Of a stretch of 64,000 nucleotides of DNA, positions 51,858 to 64,000 are shown piece after piece (the first letter of the stretch is position 1; every line of letters starts with the position of its first letter). A model generated the notes under the pieces. The model was given only the letters and a program-made list of their open reading frames with translations, made no database searches and was not told the origin of the DNA. This stretch comes from Eledone cirrhosa (lineage: Eukaryota), in assembly GCA_964016885.1 (NCBI GenBank), contig OZ024745.1:131316001-131380000 (forward strand), in the 5' to 3' direction. The position numbers and the translations under genes are program-made.

Positions 51858-52630
51858 TGCTTAAGCTTTCTTCAGGCTACATAATACCACAAAGAAAAAG
51901 AAAAGAATAATAAAGCAGTGTAGAAGTGATATATAAATAATATTGATTCTCCTAATGAAAAATAGAACATAAAAAAATACAGACAAAAATTAAGATTTGC
52001 AACAATTGAGGATTAAATTTGTTTGTCTCTTTTGTTTGTTTTTTTTAGAGAAAGAAAGAAAAATAAACCCAGCTTCTACAAATTTTTAACAAATTGTTTA
52101 TATATGTCCCTAGACATAATTATAAAGTAGTTTCAGAATTGAATTTTGTAGAATTAGATGAATCAACTATGTTCATTCCGTACCTTGTGCAGTGTTTTGG
52201 TAAAGTCATATAAAGACTTTTTCAGTTCAATTCATTAAACAAATAATTGAATAAAATGAAAAGAAAAAAATAATAGAAAGATTTCAAAAGGAAAGAGAAA
52301 AGTCATTTTCAGCAAGAAATGTATTGGAAGAAGGTAAAAAGAAAGGTAAGGCAACTTGAAGGTGAATATTTCAAATTTAATCTGATAAAAGCTAATAGTT
52401 ACTCCTGAAATGACTTTTCTTAATGTTTAATAAATATTGGATCATCTTTCCATCAAGGAAATTTTAGGGGAAAATATAGTCCAAATTTCCCTATAGCAAA
52501 AAAATTTATTTCTCTTGGTATAATCATTAAGAACTCTATTAATCTTTCCAAGAAAACACATCTGTTCATGTAACCATGCTTAAAAATAAAGAAGAATTTC
52601 AGAGGAACAGATTACTGCTTTTAAGAATCC

Positions 52631-53239
52631 TTAGGTGAGATGGCTGTCAGCACTGTCTGCTAGTTCAACAGAAGTGTTATCTACACTGTTGTTAGCTTTG
52701 TCTAAGTTGGCAAAGATTGTCTGTGTACTTGCCTCTGTAGTTGATGCTGACCGCTCCCGTCGAGGTTGAGAGTTAGATTCACGAGCCAGTGGAGAGACAC
52801 TCAGCTGTGGCTTTTTCAAGCAAGGTTTGAGGGGAGTTGTAGCAGTATTATTATTGTTGTTGTTGTTGTTGTTGTTGTTATTCTCTTGAGTCTGAGATGT
52901 CTTAGGGACCAAGCCATCCATAGATCGAGAAAATGCTTGGAACTGTCCTCTTAGGTTATCCTTCTTCTGTGTTTCTGGTTCAATGTTCTCTTCATCAACC
53001 TCTTTGATTTCATCAAAAGTAATGGGCTGGGTTTTATAGCGAGCCCCAGCACGACATTTTGGCTTCTTCGTACGCCGATGTGGTGTTGGGTACTCAGGGT
53101 TCAAGTGAAGTTTGGAAATACGCTCTGGAAAGTGTGTTTCGAAATGAAAAAGGGGATCAATAACTCTTGGTAATGCTGACATGATTGTTTCTGCAGATCT
53201 TGGAGGTGAAATATATTGAATAAAATCAGCAGCTTTAAT
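52631..53239 (-). CDS. Terminal coding exon of an uncharacterised host protein (RYKTQPITFDEIKEVDEE motif, poly-Asn tract)
   Basis: Polypyrimidine tract and acceptor TTCTTCTTTCAG at 53240; frame open from the acceptor (IKAADFIQYISPPRSAETI-MSALPR...) to TAA at 52631; normal amino-acid composition. Translation could alternatively start at the ATG at 53182. Confidence 0.8.
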   Translation of the reverse strand: MKAADFIQYISPPRSAETIMSALPRVIDPLFHFETHFPERISKLHLNPEYPTPHRRTKKPKCRAGARYKTQPITFDEIKEVDEENIEPETQKKDNLRGQFQAFSRSMDGLVPKTSQTQENNNNNNNNNNNNTATTPLKPCLKKPQLSVSPLARESNSQPRRERSASTTEASTQTIFANLDKANNSVDNTSVELADSADSHLT

Positions 53240-53342
53240 CTGAAAGAAGAAAAAAAAGATGAATAAATTTTTTAAATAATTTAAGAGATTAAAAAAAAAA
53301 AAACATTCTTCATAAAGAAAATAATCTTACATGATAGATAAT

Positions 53343-53530
53343 ATCAGGGAGCTGAACGTTCCTGGTTTGGGGTAAAAAAAAAATATAGGAGGATCAGTTA
53401 ATTATGATTTTATTCAACATATTCCCCTCTCAGATTCACACACTTATTGCAGTGGTCCTACCTCCCTCTAAAGGTAACAGCTCTACCCTTTCACAATACC
53501 CTTTAAGCCAGGAACTTTTCAGCACCCTGG
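53343..53530. mobile_element. mariner-derived MITE
   Basis: Imperfect TIRs CAGGGAGCTGAACGTTCCTGG / CCAGGAACTTTTCAGCACCCTG; internal TTATTCAACATATTCCCC typical of mariner ends. Confidence 0.65.
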
Positions 53531-53769
53531 TAATTCTAGCTTTTAATTTCATCAGTTTTATATAGCTAATCAGTTGCTGATCATGTGATCCAGTTTTAAA
53601 GTAGTGTTCGCCTAAGAAATAAACTAACTCACTACCATTGGTTTGGGCGATTATTACTACACTAACAGTTTTTGATCAGTTTTCTAACAGGTTGATGGTT
53701 CTTCTGGGCAGGTTGTTGCCCTCCATGGAATAGTCAGCAAATGAGGATGTCATGTTGGTGGTGAGCCGA

Positions 53770-53925
53770 AGCGATGTGGGTCACTGTTGGTCTGGAACCT
53801 CCCCAGGAGACTGGCGTGCCAAGGGTAGCTCTACTAGGAGCAAAGCTCCAGATGGTAACGCTCTCTCAACTTTACAGAACACACAATCCCCCTTGCCACA
53901 ACAAGGCCAGATGTCACCTTGGAGG
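53770..53925 (-). mobile_element. RTE-clade (BovB/Expander-like) 5'UTR remnant
   Basis: Reverse complement GCCTTGTTGTGGCAAGGGGGATTGTGTG..GGAGCTTTGCTCCTAGTAGAGCTACCCTTGGC..CCAGAC resembles the conserved RTE 5' leader (recalled, not searched). Confidence 0.55.
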
Positions 53926-55484
53926 ATGGAGAGGGGCTGGCACAGGACTGCCATTAATGGAGGGCATTGGGAGACCTGGTCAGCTCTATGCACAATGATG
54001 TCTCTGGGATCACTGACCTAAGATGACCCCAGTCTCATCAAGCAAGAAGAAAAAGAACATGGTTTGGTTAGGTATTTAGTTTTATCCATTGTTTCTGAAA
54101 TTCTAATTTAATCATTATTTCAGGTTTTTTGACACAAAAATTAATAGGGTCTCTAAACACTGTCTGAAGGTTGATAGTTTTTGTCTTAACACTGATACTT
54201 TGCTGAGTGACTGGACCCATTGCCAAACTGGGGAGTACTGGATACACCCCCGTTTTCAATTGCTGGCCTTGTGCCAAAAGTAGAAACAATACTTTCCAAA
54301 CCCTATCATTTTAAAATAGGGCCCAGATGTTTTAAATTTCAGGATTAAAGGTCTCAAAGAAAATGAGCTAAGCTTGGAACATTGAACCATGTGTTTAATC
54401 ATTCAACTATCAAAATGTTATAAAATTGTTCAAGCAGAGATGACTGGAGATACACTACAACAACTAAACTGAATCAGTTAAATCTTTTCATAATTCACAG
54501 AAATTCACAGAGCTGGTACCTACTTATTTTCATAGTATTAAACAGATAAGAAACAGGTCTCTTCATTAGATAAAATGCTAAGCTGTTACAGATTAATTTC
54601 GTTGCCAAAGTGATATTATACTTCCTAATTATATACATGGAGTCAAGTGGATTAAATCATATTAGTTTAAGAACAAATAGTTATATTTCCAGTAAAATAT
54701 AAATAGAAAAATATTGGCCATATTCTGAAATTTTATCTGTTTAAGATACATGATGATGTAGATCCTATTTTTAGTCTGCAATATTTATTTACAGAAATAT
54801 AACGAAAGTAATAGTCTACATTTCTTGATATAAATTTCAAGACAAAAATAAATTTGTGCTTTGATTTGTTGAGTTCAAACTAAAACAACACCCCACAACT
54901 AAGTACATGCAATGATGGGGTCCTAGGTTAGATCCTACTATGTGGAACCTTGGACAAGTTTTTTTGTCTTCTATACTCTTAAGTTGATTAATATTTGTGA
55001 AGGGAATTGGGCCACCAGATTTTATCCTGAGGCTGTGTGTGTGAGTAAATAGGAAACAGCTTATATTAAAATCATAACTGTTCATATGTAGTTGAGGGGA
55101 AGTTAGTTGTCAGAAAATATGCAGAAATGGTTATTCGCAGAATTTTCCGTAAAACCTAACTAATAATTTTTCATGGAAACCACCACATATTTGCGGAGTT
55201 GTAAACATCTTCTGTGATTTTTTAATGACTTTTTTTGTAGCAATATGTATTTTTCTAACACTAAATTATTAAAAACAATATACCGTATTTGCTGGCCTAT
55301 TGGACGCCCCTTCGCATAAGATGCTCCCTCTTTTTTTATTATATTTTAAGTTATATTTTGACGTTTATAGGCATTTTTATGGACAATGTCCAATATTTGC
55401 AGTTTTTCACTCTTTGTGGGTGCTCTAGAGATGTAACCCCCATGAATATTGGGGGACTACTGTATGTATGTGTATATATATATC

Positions 55485-55907
55485 TCGATGCTGCATGGTA
55501 GTGAGACATGGGCAACATGCGACGGCTGGAGAGAAATGAAGCAAGTATGCTCCGTTGGATGTGCAATGTCAATGTGTATGTGGGCGACCAAGCATAGACG
55601 AGTTGAGAGAAACTGGGTATAAAAGGGATAAGTTGTGGTGTGCAGGAGAGAAGGCTGAGATGGTATGGACATGTGATGCGCATAGAGGATGACCGATGGG
55701 TAAAGAAGTGCCAGGAAGTCCCAGTGGAGGGAAGACCACGTAAAACATGGGCGGAGGTGGTGAGAGCAGACCTCAGATCGTTGAAACTCACTGAGGAGAT
55801 GACGAAGGACCGTGACAAGTGGAGAGATGTTGTGCTGAATAGGACCCATCCAACCCTTGCAAGCAGGGAAAAGTGGACATAAAATGATGATGATGGTGAT
55901 GATGATA
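55485..55907 (+). mobile_element. 5'-truncated RTE (subfamily A) 3' end, degenerate
   Basis: [25 protein letters not shown] followed by (GAT)n. Confidence 0.92.
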
Positions 55908-56322
55908 TACGATTCATTTTCATTGGCACAGATTAAATATATATGTGTGTGTTCCTCCATGTATGTGTCTATCATGTGCCCTCTTTATGCCATATAACTT
56001 AGCTGTTTGGCATGTATAAGTTCTAGTAGCAATCTGACTAGAAACTATTATTGTGCTGCCCCAATATCTTCTACAGTCCAATGACTGAAATAAAAGAAAG
56101 TAAAAAGATTTTAAAAGATGTGTTTCTCTACATTCCATCCCCTATTATTGAGAGTAGCACCATATTTTGGTAAGAGGGGAGAGAAGACAAGAGATATTGC
56201 CAGTCTGACCTAATTCCAGTGAGAGTAGAATTGATAGAAGTTATTGCTAAGAATGGAGATGGGCAAATTCAAAGACCCAGTTTTCAGTGATGTAGCAATA
56301 TTAATAATAATCAACAGTCACT

Positions 56323-56329
56323 GACACAC

Positions 56330-56392
<63 letters not shown>

Positions 56393-56971
56393 CACATATA
56401 TATATACACACCACATATATATATACACACCACATATATATATATACACACCATATATATATATATACACACCACATATATATATATACACACCACATAT
56501 ATATATATATACATATATATATACACACCACATATATATATACATATATATATACACACCACATATATATATATATACATATATATACACACACCACATA
56601 TATATATATATACATATATATACATATATATATACACACCACATATATATATATATACATATATATACATATATATATACACACCACATATATATATATA
56701 TACATATATATACATATATATATACACACCACATATATATATATATACATATATATACATATATATATACACACCACATATATATATATATACATATATA
56801 TACATATATATATACACACCACATATATATATATATACATATATATACATATATATATACACACCACATATATATATATACATATATATACATATATATA
56901 TGGTGTGTATATATATATATATGGTGTGTATATATATATATATGGTGTGTATATATATATATATACACACC

Positions 56972-57003
<32 letters not shown>

Positions 57004-57004
57004 C

Positions 57005-57036
<32 letters not shown>

Positions 57037-57037
57037 C

Positions 57038-57069
<32 letters not shown>

Positions 57070-57397
57070 CATATATATATATATATATATATACACACCA
57101 TATATATATATACACACACCATATATATATATATACACACCATATATATATATATATATATACACACCATATATATATATATATACACACATATATATAT
57201 ATATATATATACACACCATATATATATATATATATATACACACCATATATATATACACACCATATATATATATACACCATATATATATATACACCATATA
57301 TATATATACACCATATATATATACACACCATATATATATACACACCATATATATATATATACACCATATATATATACACTATATATATATATATATA

Positions 57398-57435
<38 letters not shown>

Positions 57436-57524
57436 CATATATATATATATATACACCATATATATATATATATACACCATATATATATATATATATACCA
57501 TATATATATATATATATATATACA

Positions 57525-57560
<36 letters not shown>

Positions 57561-57664
57561 CATATATATATATATATATATATACACTATATATATATAC
57601 ACTATATATATATATACACCATATATATATATATATATACACCATATATATATATATATATACA

Positions 57665-57698
<34 letters not shown>

Positions 57699-59538
57699 CA
57701 TATATATATATATATATATATACACTATATATATATACACTATATATATATATATATACACTATATATATATATATATACACTATATATATATATATATA
57801 CACCATATATATATATATATATATATATATACACCATATATATATATACACCATATATATATATATACACCATATATATATATATACACCATATATATAT
57901 ATATACACCATATATATATATACACCATATATATATATACACCATATATATATATATACACCATATATATATACACCGTATATATATACACCGTATATAT
58001 ATACACCATATATATATATATATACACCATATATATATATATATACACCATATATATATATATACACCATATATATATATATATATATACACCATATATA
58101 TATATACACCATATATATATATACACCATATATATAATATACACACCACATATATATATACACACCACATATATATATACACACCACATATATATATACA
58201 CACCACATATATATATACACACCACATATATATATACACACCACATATATATATACACACCACATATATATATATACACACCACATATATATATATACAC
58301 ACCACATATATATATATATACACACCACATATATATATATACACACCACATATATATATACACACCACATATATATATACACACCACATATATATATATA
58401 CACACCACATATATATATATACACACCACATATATATATATACACACCACATATATATATATACACACCACATATATATATACACACCACATATATATAT
58501 ATACACACCACATATATATATATATATACACACCACACATATATATATACACACCACACATATATATATATATACACACAGTCCAACATATATACACCCA
58601 GTCCAACATATATACACCCAGTCCAACATATATATACACATACCACATATATATACACATACCACATATATATACACCCAGTCCAACATATATATACACA
58701 CACCACATTTATGTACACCCAGTCCAACATATATATACACACACCACATTTATATACACCCAGTCCAACATATATATACACCCAGTCCAACATATATATA
58801 CACACACCACATATATATACACCCAGTCCAACATATATATACACCCAGTCCAACATATATATACACACACCACATATATATACACCCAGTCCAACATATA
58901 TATACACACACCACATTTATATACACCCAGTCCAACATATATATACACCCAGTCCAACATATATATACACACACCACATATATATACACCCAGTGCAACA
59001 TATATATACACACACCACATATCTATACACCCAGTCCAACATATATATACACACACCACATATATATACAGCCAGTCCAACATATATATACACACACCAC
59101 ATATATATACACCCAGTGCAACATATATATACACCCAGTGCAACATATATATACACACACCACATATATATACACCCAGTCCAACATATATATACACACA
59201 CCACATATATATACACCCAGTCCAACATATATATACACACACCACATATATATACACCCAGTGCAACATATATATACACACACCACATATCTATACACCC
59301 AGTCCAACATATATATACACCCAGTCCAACATATATATACACCCAGTCCAACATATATATACACCCAGTCCAACATATATATACACCCAGTGCAACATAT
59401 ATATACACCCAGTCCAACATATATATACACCCAGTGCAACATATATATACACCCAGTCCAACATATATATACACCCAGTCCAACATATATATATACACAC
59501 CACATATATATACACCCAGTCCAACATATATATACACC
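56323..59538. repeat. 3.2-kb (TA)n-based satellite with progressively changing interruption motif
   Basis: CACACCAC -> inverted TGGTGTG x3 -> CACACCA/CACCA/CACT -> CACACCAC -> CACCCAGTCCAAC. Confidence 0.95.
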
Positions 59539-59717
59539 AAGGGAGAAATGAATCAGAGCTGTTTGAAATACACCACCAACAAAAAGGTTTATATTTGGTT
59601 CTGTAAGAAAATAATTCCTACTTAGTTAAAGTTATTCTATTTCTTTACTGCAAGCAATGTTACTCAAGTTACAGAATTAGAATACACTAGAAAACACACA
59701 GGTATAAACTTTGTCTT

Positions 59718-59995
59718 AGATTCTTCTGCCCCGTTCGGGGCATCGAGCAGTAAGTCCTCTCCAACGGTCACGATCAGCGGCAACTTTCTTGAGACCGTGC
59801 CAGGTGATGTTGGCCGTCATCAGGTCCTTCCGGAACGTTCGTCACCAGTTCATCGCTGTTTTCGAATGCCGTTTATTTGGCAGACGCAGAATATGGCCAG
59901 CCAGATGGCACCGACACTCCGTGACCACTCTCTGTAGCGTCCATGACTCGGCTCTCTGCAGGATCTCCTTGTTTCACATTCGGTCGTAATATGTA
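59718..59995 (-). mobile_element. 3' fragment of a third RTE family
   Basis: NKEILQRA..LAGHILRLP..AMNW..AADRDRWRGLTARCPERGRR. Confidence 0.8.
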
Positions 59996-60258
59996 GTTAA
60001 TAGGATTTATAACAAGCTAGACTATGGATTATGGTAGGCATGTCATTCCATGTTTTCATGTTTAAATTCTGTCAAAGTAAAAATTGAACTTCATCTAGCC
60101 ATGGATACTAAAACAAATTCCAGATACATAATGAAGTATTAAAAACTGTTTTCTACATACGTGTATGCAATTAGGAGCATACATGGCCCTAATCCTACTT
60201 AGAGGAGCTTAAACCTCCCTTCATCTGATTTGTATGAGCAGAAGAGAAGCGAATCTAA

Positions 60259-60816
60259 TATCATCATCATTTTATGTCTGCTTTTCCTTGCTTGCATGGG
60301 TGGAATGGGTTCTTTTCAGCACAGCATCTCTCCATTTGTCAAGGATCTTTGTCATCTCCTCTGTGAGCTTCAGCAATCTGAGGTCACTACTGCATCTTCC
60401 TTCCACTGTGATTTCTTGGCACTTCTTCACCTGGCGGTCATCTTCCATGCACATCACATGGCTATACCAATGCAGTCTTCTCTCCCACACACTACAGTTT
60501 ATCCCTCTTATACAGTTTCTCTCTTAACTCATCTATGCTTGGTTGTTCATGCACATTGACATTGCACATCCATTGGAGCATGCTTGCTTCATTTCTCTCC
60601 AGCCTTCACATATCCTCTGCAGTTGCTGCCCATGTCTCACTACCATGCAGCATTGCCCATCTCACACAGTAATCATACAACCAAACCTTTCGTAAGCAGC
60701 TCCCTAAACTTCTTCCATCCTGTCCTTATTCTAGATACTATGGCCTCGGAGCATCCTCTTCCCTTGCTAATTTGATCACCTAGATAACGGAAGCTATCAA
60801 CCACCTCTATAGATCC
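60259..60816 (-). mobile_element. 5'-truncated RTE (subfamily A) 3' end, degenerate
   Basis: [20 protein letters not shown] followed by (GAT)n. Confidence 0.92.
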
Positions 60817-60962
60817 TAGAGGTGGTTGATAACATGCATTAAAAGTATTAATTAGCCTATGGGATGTAGTCAATGAATGTAGTGTGACAATGCTTAGACC
60901 CTACCAAGTTGTAAATATTCTTAGAGGTCACTTTGGTAGAACTGTTATATAAGTTTTCCTGT

Positions 60963-61200
60963 CACCCTTTCCTGACTGCATTTCTAATGAAATACACTCT
61001 GTTTTAATTAATTAATGAATAATTTTGAGGGATTTACTAAAATTATTAATTATTTCATTACTAAGACAGCAACTTAATGTAAGGTTCTTATATAAAATTA
61101 TGTTAGAAGATTTTAATTTAAATTAGAAACCTTTAAAATGTGTGGTTTTATTTCATAGAACCAAAGCAGGTTTTGGTTGGGTTGGTAACTAAAGGGTTAA
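60963..61200 (+). mobile_element. piggyBac-like MITE (family 2)
   Basis: CCCTTT...AAAGGG-TTAA; homologous to 32460-32680. Confidence 0.7.
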
Positions 61201-61464
61201 GCACCAAAACTGCTGGAATAGATTTTTGCCTTCAAAAGGATGGAATGAGTAGCAGGTATATTAACCATGGTTAATTCAATAAAATTTGTGATCTTGTGCC
61301 AATGTTAGAAATTATTATTGAATTATACAAGGGTTTGAGATATTTTCTCTGAACATAACTAACAGATTTACATGTAATATATTTCTCCTCAGATCTGAAA
61401 TGATATCAGTTGTTATAAGATGTTCAGTAATTAAATTGTATAACATTAAATACTACATTGTAAA

Positions 61465-61630
61465 ATGGAAGGCAGTGAATTGGCAGAGTTGTTAGAATGT
61501 TTGATAGAATGCTTTGGTGTAGTCATACAGGTTCTCTGCACTCAAAGTTCAAACTCTGCTGAGGTTAAATTTGCCTTTCATCCTTTCAAGCTCAATAAAA
61601 AAAGTACCAATTTAGTACTGGGGCCAATTC
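61465..61630 (+). mobile_element. tRNA-derived SINE (family 1), degenerate
   Basis: AGTTCAAACTCTGCTGAGG..TTTGCCTTTCATCC..AAGTACCA. Confidence 0.75.
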
Positions 61631-63109
61631 TTCATCTATATTTCTTTCCCACTTTTTCTCTATCATTCTTTTTTCCTTCTCTGAATAAAATTGACTGTGT
61701 TCAGACTTGGGAAGGGGATGGGCTCTGCCAGGTTTTAAAAAATGCCCATATGTCACTACAACATCCTTACATCACCAGGAGTTATGGCATATATACATAA
61801 GTACCTGGAGAGGAATGGGTTCTGCAATGTTTTAAAATGTCCTTGAAATGTTGTATGTTAATACGGTGCCCTGACGACTCCAGGAGTTATGGGACCATGT
61901 ATACATAAGTGAAATATAATAGTGAACCAGCTGAGATTGTTCTGTTCAAATCCACTGTGGGTATATTACAATATGTTTGGGCAACAACACACCTAATTAC
62001 ATGTACTTAAGTGGCCTCTATATCTTCAGAGAATGTTACCTGTAGTAGAGACTGCTATTAACATCATGCCTGAGGGAGATATATTTTATCAGTTATCCAC
62101 AGTGGAAGATCTCCTTTGAACTGTTGGAAAACGTTTACATTATATTGCATATAATAATTTCTGTTTCTATGTATATAACAACAAAAACAAAATAACCCTG
62201 AATCCCAGAAATCTTGGTGAGAATGACATTTAAAGAATATAACTAGCTGCAGGTTTGTTGCTATTTATATACAACATTGAGGTATAGTTAGAGTGTTGTA
62301 TATATACACACACATTCTAACTTATACCCTCCTCCCCCTTCAGTTCATTCAACTCCCGCTACATCACATGATTCAATGCAATCATTGCCAGATTCTATGT
62401 TACTTCTGAAGAAAGAGAAAGAAGGCAGCCAGATTCTGAATTAGGTTGTTTCCTTTGAATGGCATGGCTGTCTACATTGTTTTGATAGTTTGGCAAGAAG
62501 CAGACAGAAGACAAAAACAAACAAAATCCAGAAAAAATATTTCTACCAACATGTCATAAATAAAGATTAACAACAGCCAATATTACATCTATTTTGGAGT
62601 GGAGAATTATTAGTGAAGCTGAGAGTAGATTGTCAGACTAAAATACACTGTCTTATGTATTTTTCATCTCTCGAAGTTGGGTTCAGACTTCATCAGGAGT
62701 AACTGTTTTTCTCCCTCCAGAGTTGTTAAAAGTAGGAATAGTTATATAATAATTTTTAGATTCAAGCCCGCAGACTCATGGGAGAAGTATAGTAGATAAG
62801 TTCAAATTCAGTACTTAGCTGCTTATTTTACTGACTTTGGAGGGGCGAAAGGCAAAGTTGACCGTAAGAACCTAAAAGGCCATAATTAATCATTTCATTA
62901 CTGCATTTCTAATGAAGTACTTTGTATTTTAATTAATTACTGACAAATTTGGGAAGTATTTACAAAGGTTATAATTTCATTAAGATGAAGTCATTAAGAT
63001 GCGTTTCTAGGGCATTTTAAGTCTGGCGGAATGCATTCTTCTCCAGGCCTGAGTACAGCAGATGTCTTCCAGAGAAGGACAGAGAGAGATATATATATAG
63101 AGGAAGAAT

Positions 63110-63275
63110 AGATCCTAGTACCCCAGTACTAGACTGGTACTTTTTTATTGACCTCGAATGGATGAAAAGCAAAGTCGACCTCTGCAGGATTTGAACTGAT
63201 AGAGGAGAGAGTCGGAACAAATACCATAAAGTGTTCTATCTGATGTTCTAACGACTGCCAGTCTGCTACCATGCA
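63110..63275 (-). mobile_element. tRNA-derived SINE (family 1)
   Basis: Reverse complement AGTTCAAATCCTGCAGAGGTCGACTTTGCTTTTCATCC..GAGGTCAATAAAAAAGTACCAGT. Confidence 0.8.
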
Positions 63276-64000
63276 AGGAAGTGAAATTAAACCCATTTTG
63301 TGGGTTTCATTCATTAGGTGCCGGCCTCTACTCCTTGACACTTTCTACAATAAAATTAAAGTGTAAGTTGATTTTTTACTACCTTATTCTCTCCATGTAA
63401 GTTTATGCATGAATGAGTGAGTGTGTGTGTGTATGTGTTAGTAAAAGCATATGCAAATGTCTGTATGTGCCTGTATATATGTGGATGTGAATGTTTGTAT
63501 GTGCATTCAAGTCAGGCAGTCAGTGAAATAGAAAAAAATCCCTAGATACACCTTTACTTGAAACGGATACGTTACTGCATACAATTTCCTATGAGATCCT
63601 TTAAAACTCATCTCGTAACCCAACTTTTAGCACAGCACTGAATACTCATCAGACTATCTTCATTTCACTATTTGTTACTAAAATAAACAAGGTCATCAAA
63701 ATTCCAAAGCCCAAATCAGAATCATATGCTAAACTTTGGATGAAGCAGGAAGGAAGCAGAAATAAGGAAACAAGCACACATTAGGCAGGCCTTGTATTTC
63801 TGGAAAATTATGGTTTTAAATATCATAGCAGAGAAGTTTTGATTAACATAAAGATGAGCAAAACAGTAGCCAATATTGTTTATTTTTCTGTATATATACA
63901 CAGCTCTGGTGGAGATGCCATAGACAATATAATGTTTTGTTTGGTGCCTCCTTGTGGTTTCAAATCAAATACTGCCAAAATTGGCAGCTTTTTAGCTTTC

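Overview
Very AT-rich, repeat-dominated eukaryotic DNA. The SINE, MITE and RTE repertoire and the kilobase (TA)n arrays suggest a cephalopod (Octopus-like) genome; this is an inference. Only one credible host coding exon is present (52631-53239, minus strand, uncharacterised protein). Nearly all long entries in the ORF track are artefacts of stop-free (TA)n/(CA)n microsatellites or minisatellites. The centrepiece is a ~12.4-kb block (17589-29975) of self-complementary (TA)n-TGCA satellite. It carries young retroelement inserts: a stop-free ~950-codon RTE LINE (5'-truncated APE endonuclease, RT, and a PHD-type C4HC3 finger inside the RT C-terminal region), shorter RTE 3' fragments in both orientations, a near-perfect 522-bp tail-to-tail palindrome centred on a TGCA dyad, and an isolated Penelope-type hammerhead-like module. 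Elsewhere there are older RTE, Vingi/Ingi-like and Penelope remnants, three tRNA-derived SINE families, hAT/Tc1-mariner/piggyBac MITEs (including a nested cluster), minisatellites, and large compound microsatellites with fold-back polarity switches.
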